Below, piece after piece: positions 63,230 through 64,000 of a DNA stretch of 64,000 nt; position 1 is the first letter of the stretch; each line of letters opens with the position of its first letter. The position numbers were made by a program, and so were the translations under genes. Where the stretch lies: positions 620,001-684,000 of the forward strand of contig JBLDXI010000007.1 of assembly GCA_047495785.1 (NCBI GenBank), given 5' to 3'. The stretch comes from Lepidodermella squamata. Taxonomy: Eukaryota; Animalia; Gastrotricha. The notes beneath the pieces were generated by a model that was not told the DNA's origin, did not search any database, and saw only the letters and a list, made by a program, of their open reading frames with translations.

Positions 63230-63582
63230 CTGAACCCCGGACAAAATTGTACACACATGAAAGGTCATCAACAATTGCACCCTAGGCACCCCCTCCACGG
63301 ATTTGAGATTTCCGCTACTGTGTTGAAGTCGATCAAGCTGGGTCTTGCAGCCTTGATCGATGACGGCGTCGCAGTAGTTGAACTTCGACCCAATAATTCC
63401 GTCGTACATCATTGTTCGAGTCTTCAGATCGGTGTGCCAAGCCGCTTCACGTAGTGCGTAGGCGTAGGTACCAGTTCTTGCGGATCAGATGATCGACGTG
63501 CTTTTCCTTGGCGAGCTTTGAGTCCAGATAGACTCCCAGGATCTTCACGTGGTCAAGTGGCGGCAGATCGACTTCACTGAAT
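63230..63582 (-). mobile_element. Fragment of a second non-LTR family (RT thumb region), pseudogenised
   Basis: Minus strand reads [19 protein letters not shown] and MYDGIIGSKFNYCDAV...LDRLQ; GC-richer than the adjacent family. Confidence 0.65.
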
Positions 63583-64000
63583 CGAATAGTCGAATTATGC
63601 AAGATTTCAGACAGGATGGCAAGTCATTGATGAATAGAAGGAATAAGATTGGGCCCATCGCGCTTCCTTGGGGCACACCGGAAGTAACTGGAGACCACGG
63701 AAAATGCGCATTATTAATAACGACCAAGTAAAAAAAATAGGAAATCCAGTCAAGTAGGCGACCAGAAATGTTGTAGTGTTCTAGGTTCTAGTTTATTGAT
63801 TAGTTTTATGTGAGAGACGGAATCAAAGGCCTTTTTAAGGTCAAAGTAAATGCAGTCAACTGGGATGCCCCTGTCAAGTCTAGACGACCACTCGTTGATA
63901 TTCTCGAGTAGCTGCATTTCGGCACTGCGGCCTGATAGGAACCCAAACTGTTCGGGAGATAGAATACTGTTTTTAGTGAGATGTGATACAATTTCAATCC
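63583..64000 (-). mobile_element. Degenerate copy of the 28-30 kb LINE family (RT palm), runs off the window
   Basis: Near-identical to ~29145-29563 ([24 protein letters not shown]), with indels and frameshifts. Confidence 0.9.

Overview
This is eukaryotic nuclear DNA from a compact-genome invertebrate animal. It has GT-AG introns mostly 45-65 nt long, TTAGGG repeats, Smad4, a nuclear receptor and motile-cilia dynein. Gene order: 3' end of EMC7; a group-A bHLH factor; one core-histone quartet (H2B<-/->H2A, H4<-/->H3, no H1); a very divergent nuclear receptor with a dead LINE in an intron; TMEM161; DSTYK; CCDC50-like; a calmodulin-like gene; two divergent secreted 8-Cys (WAP-like) paralogs; TYW3; a 5'-truncated CR1/L2-group LINE; three tandem paralogs sharing an unrecognised ~60-aa C-terminal domain (two with C2H2 fingers, one without); DNAI2; SMAD4; SIRT7; MAP2K4; ING4/5; a TPR-GoLoco (Pins/GPSM) gene; alkaline phosphatase; a Tuzin-like P-loop ATPase; and LINE debris. 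Several MITEs are present, as is a Penelope-type inverted repeat carrying a hammerhead ribozyme. Most notable: (1) all four histone genes share a near-invariant, non-purine-rich, palindromic 21-nt element after the stem-loop, followed by AATAAA; (2) the zinc-finger/novel-domain family with a finger-less member; (3) repeated operon-like gene pairs suggesting SL trans-splicing; (4) a possibly horizontally acquired ATPase; (5) a nuclear receptor with an unusual P-box. All homology calls come from recalled motifs, not database searches, and splice sites were inferred by eye.
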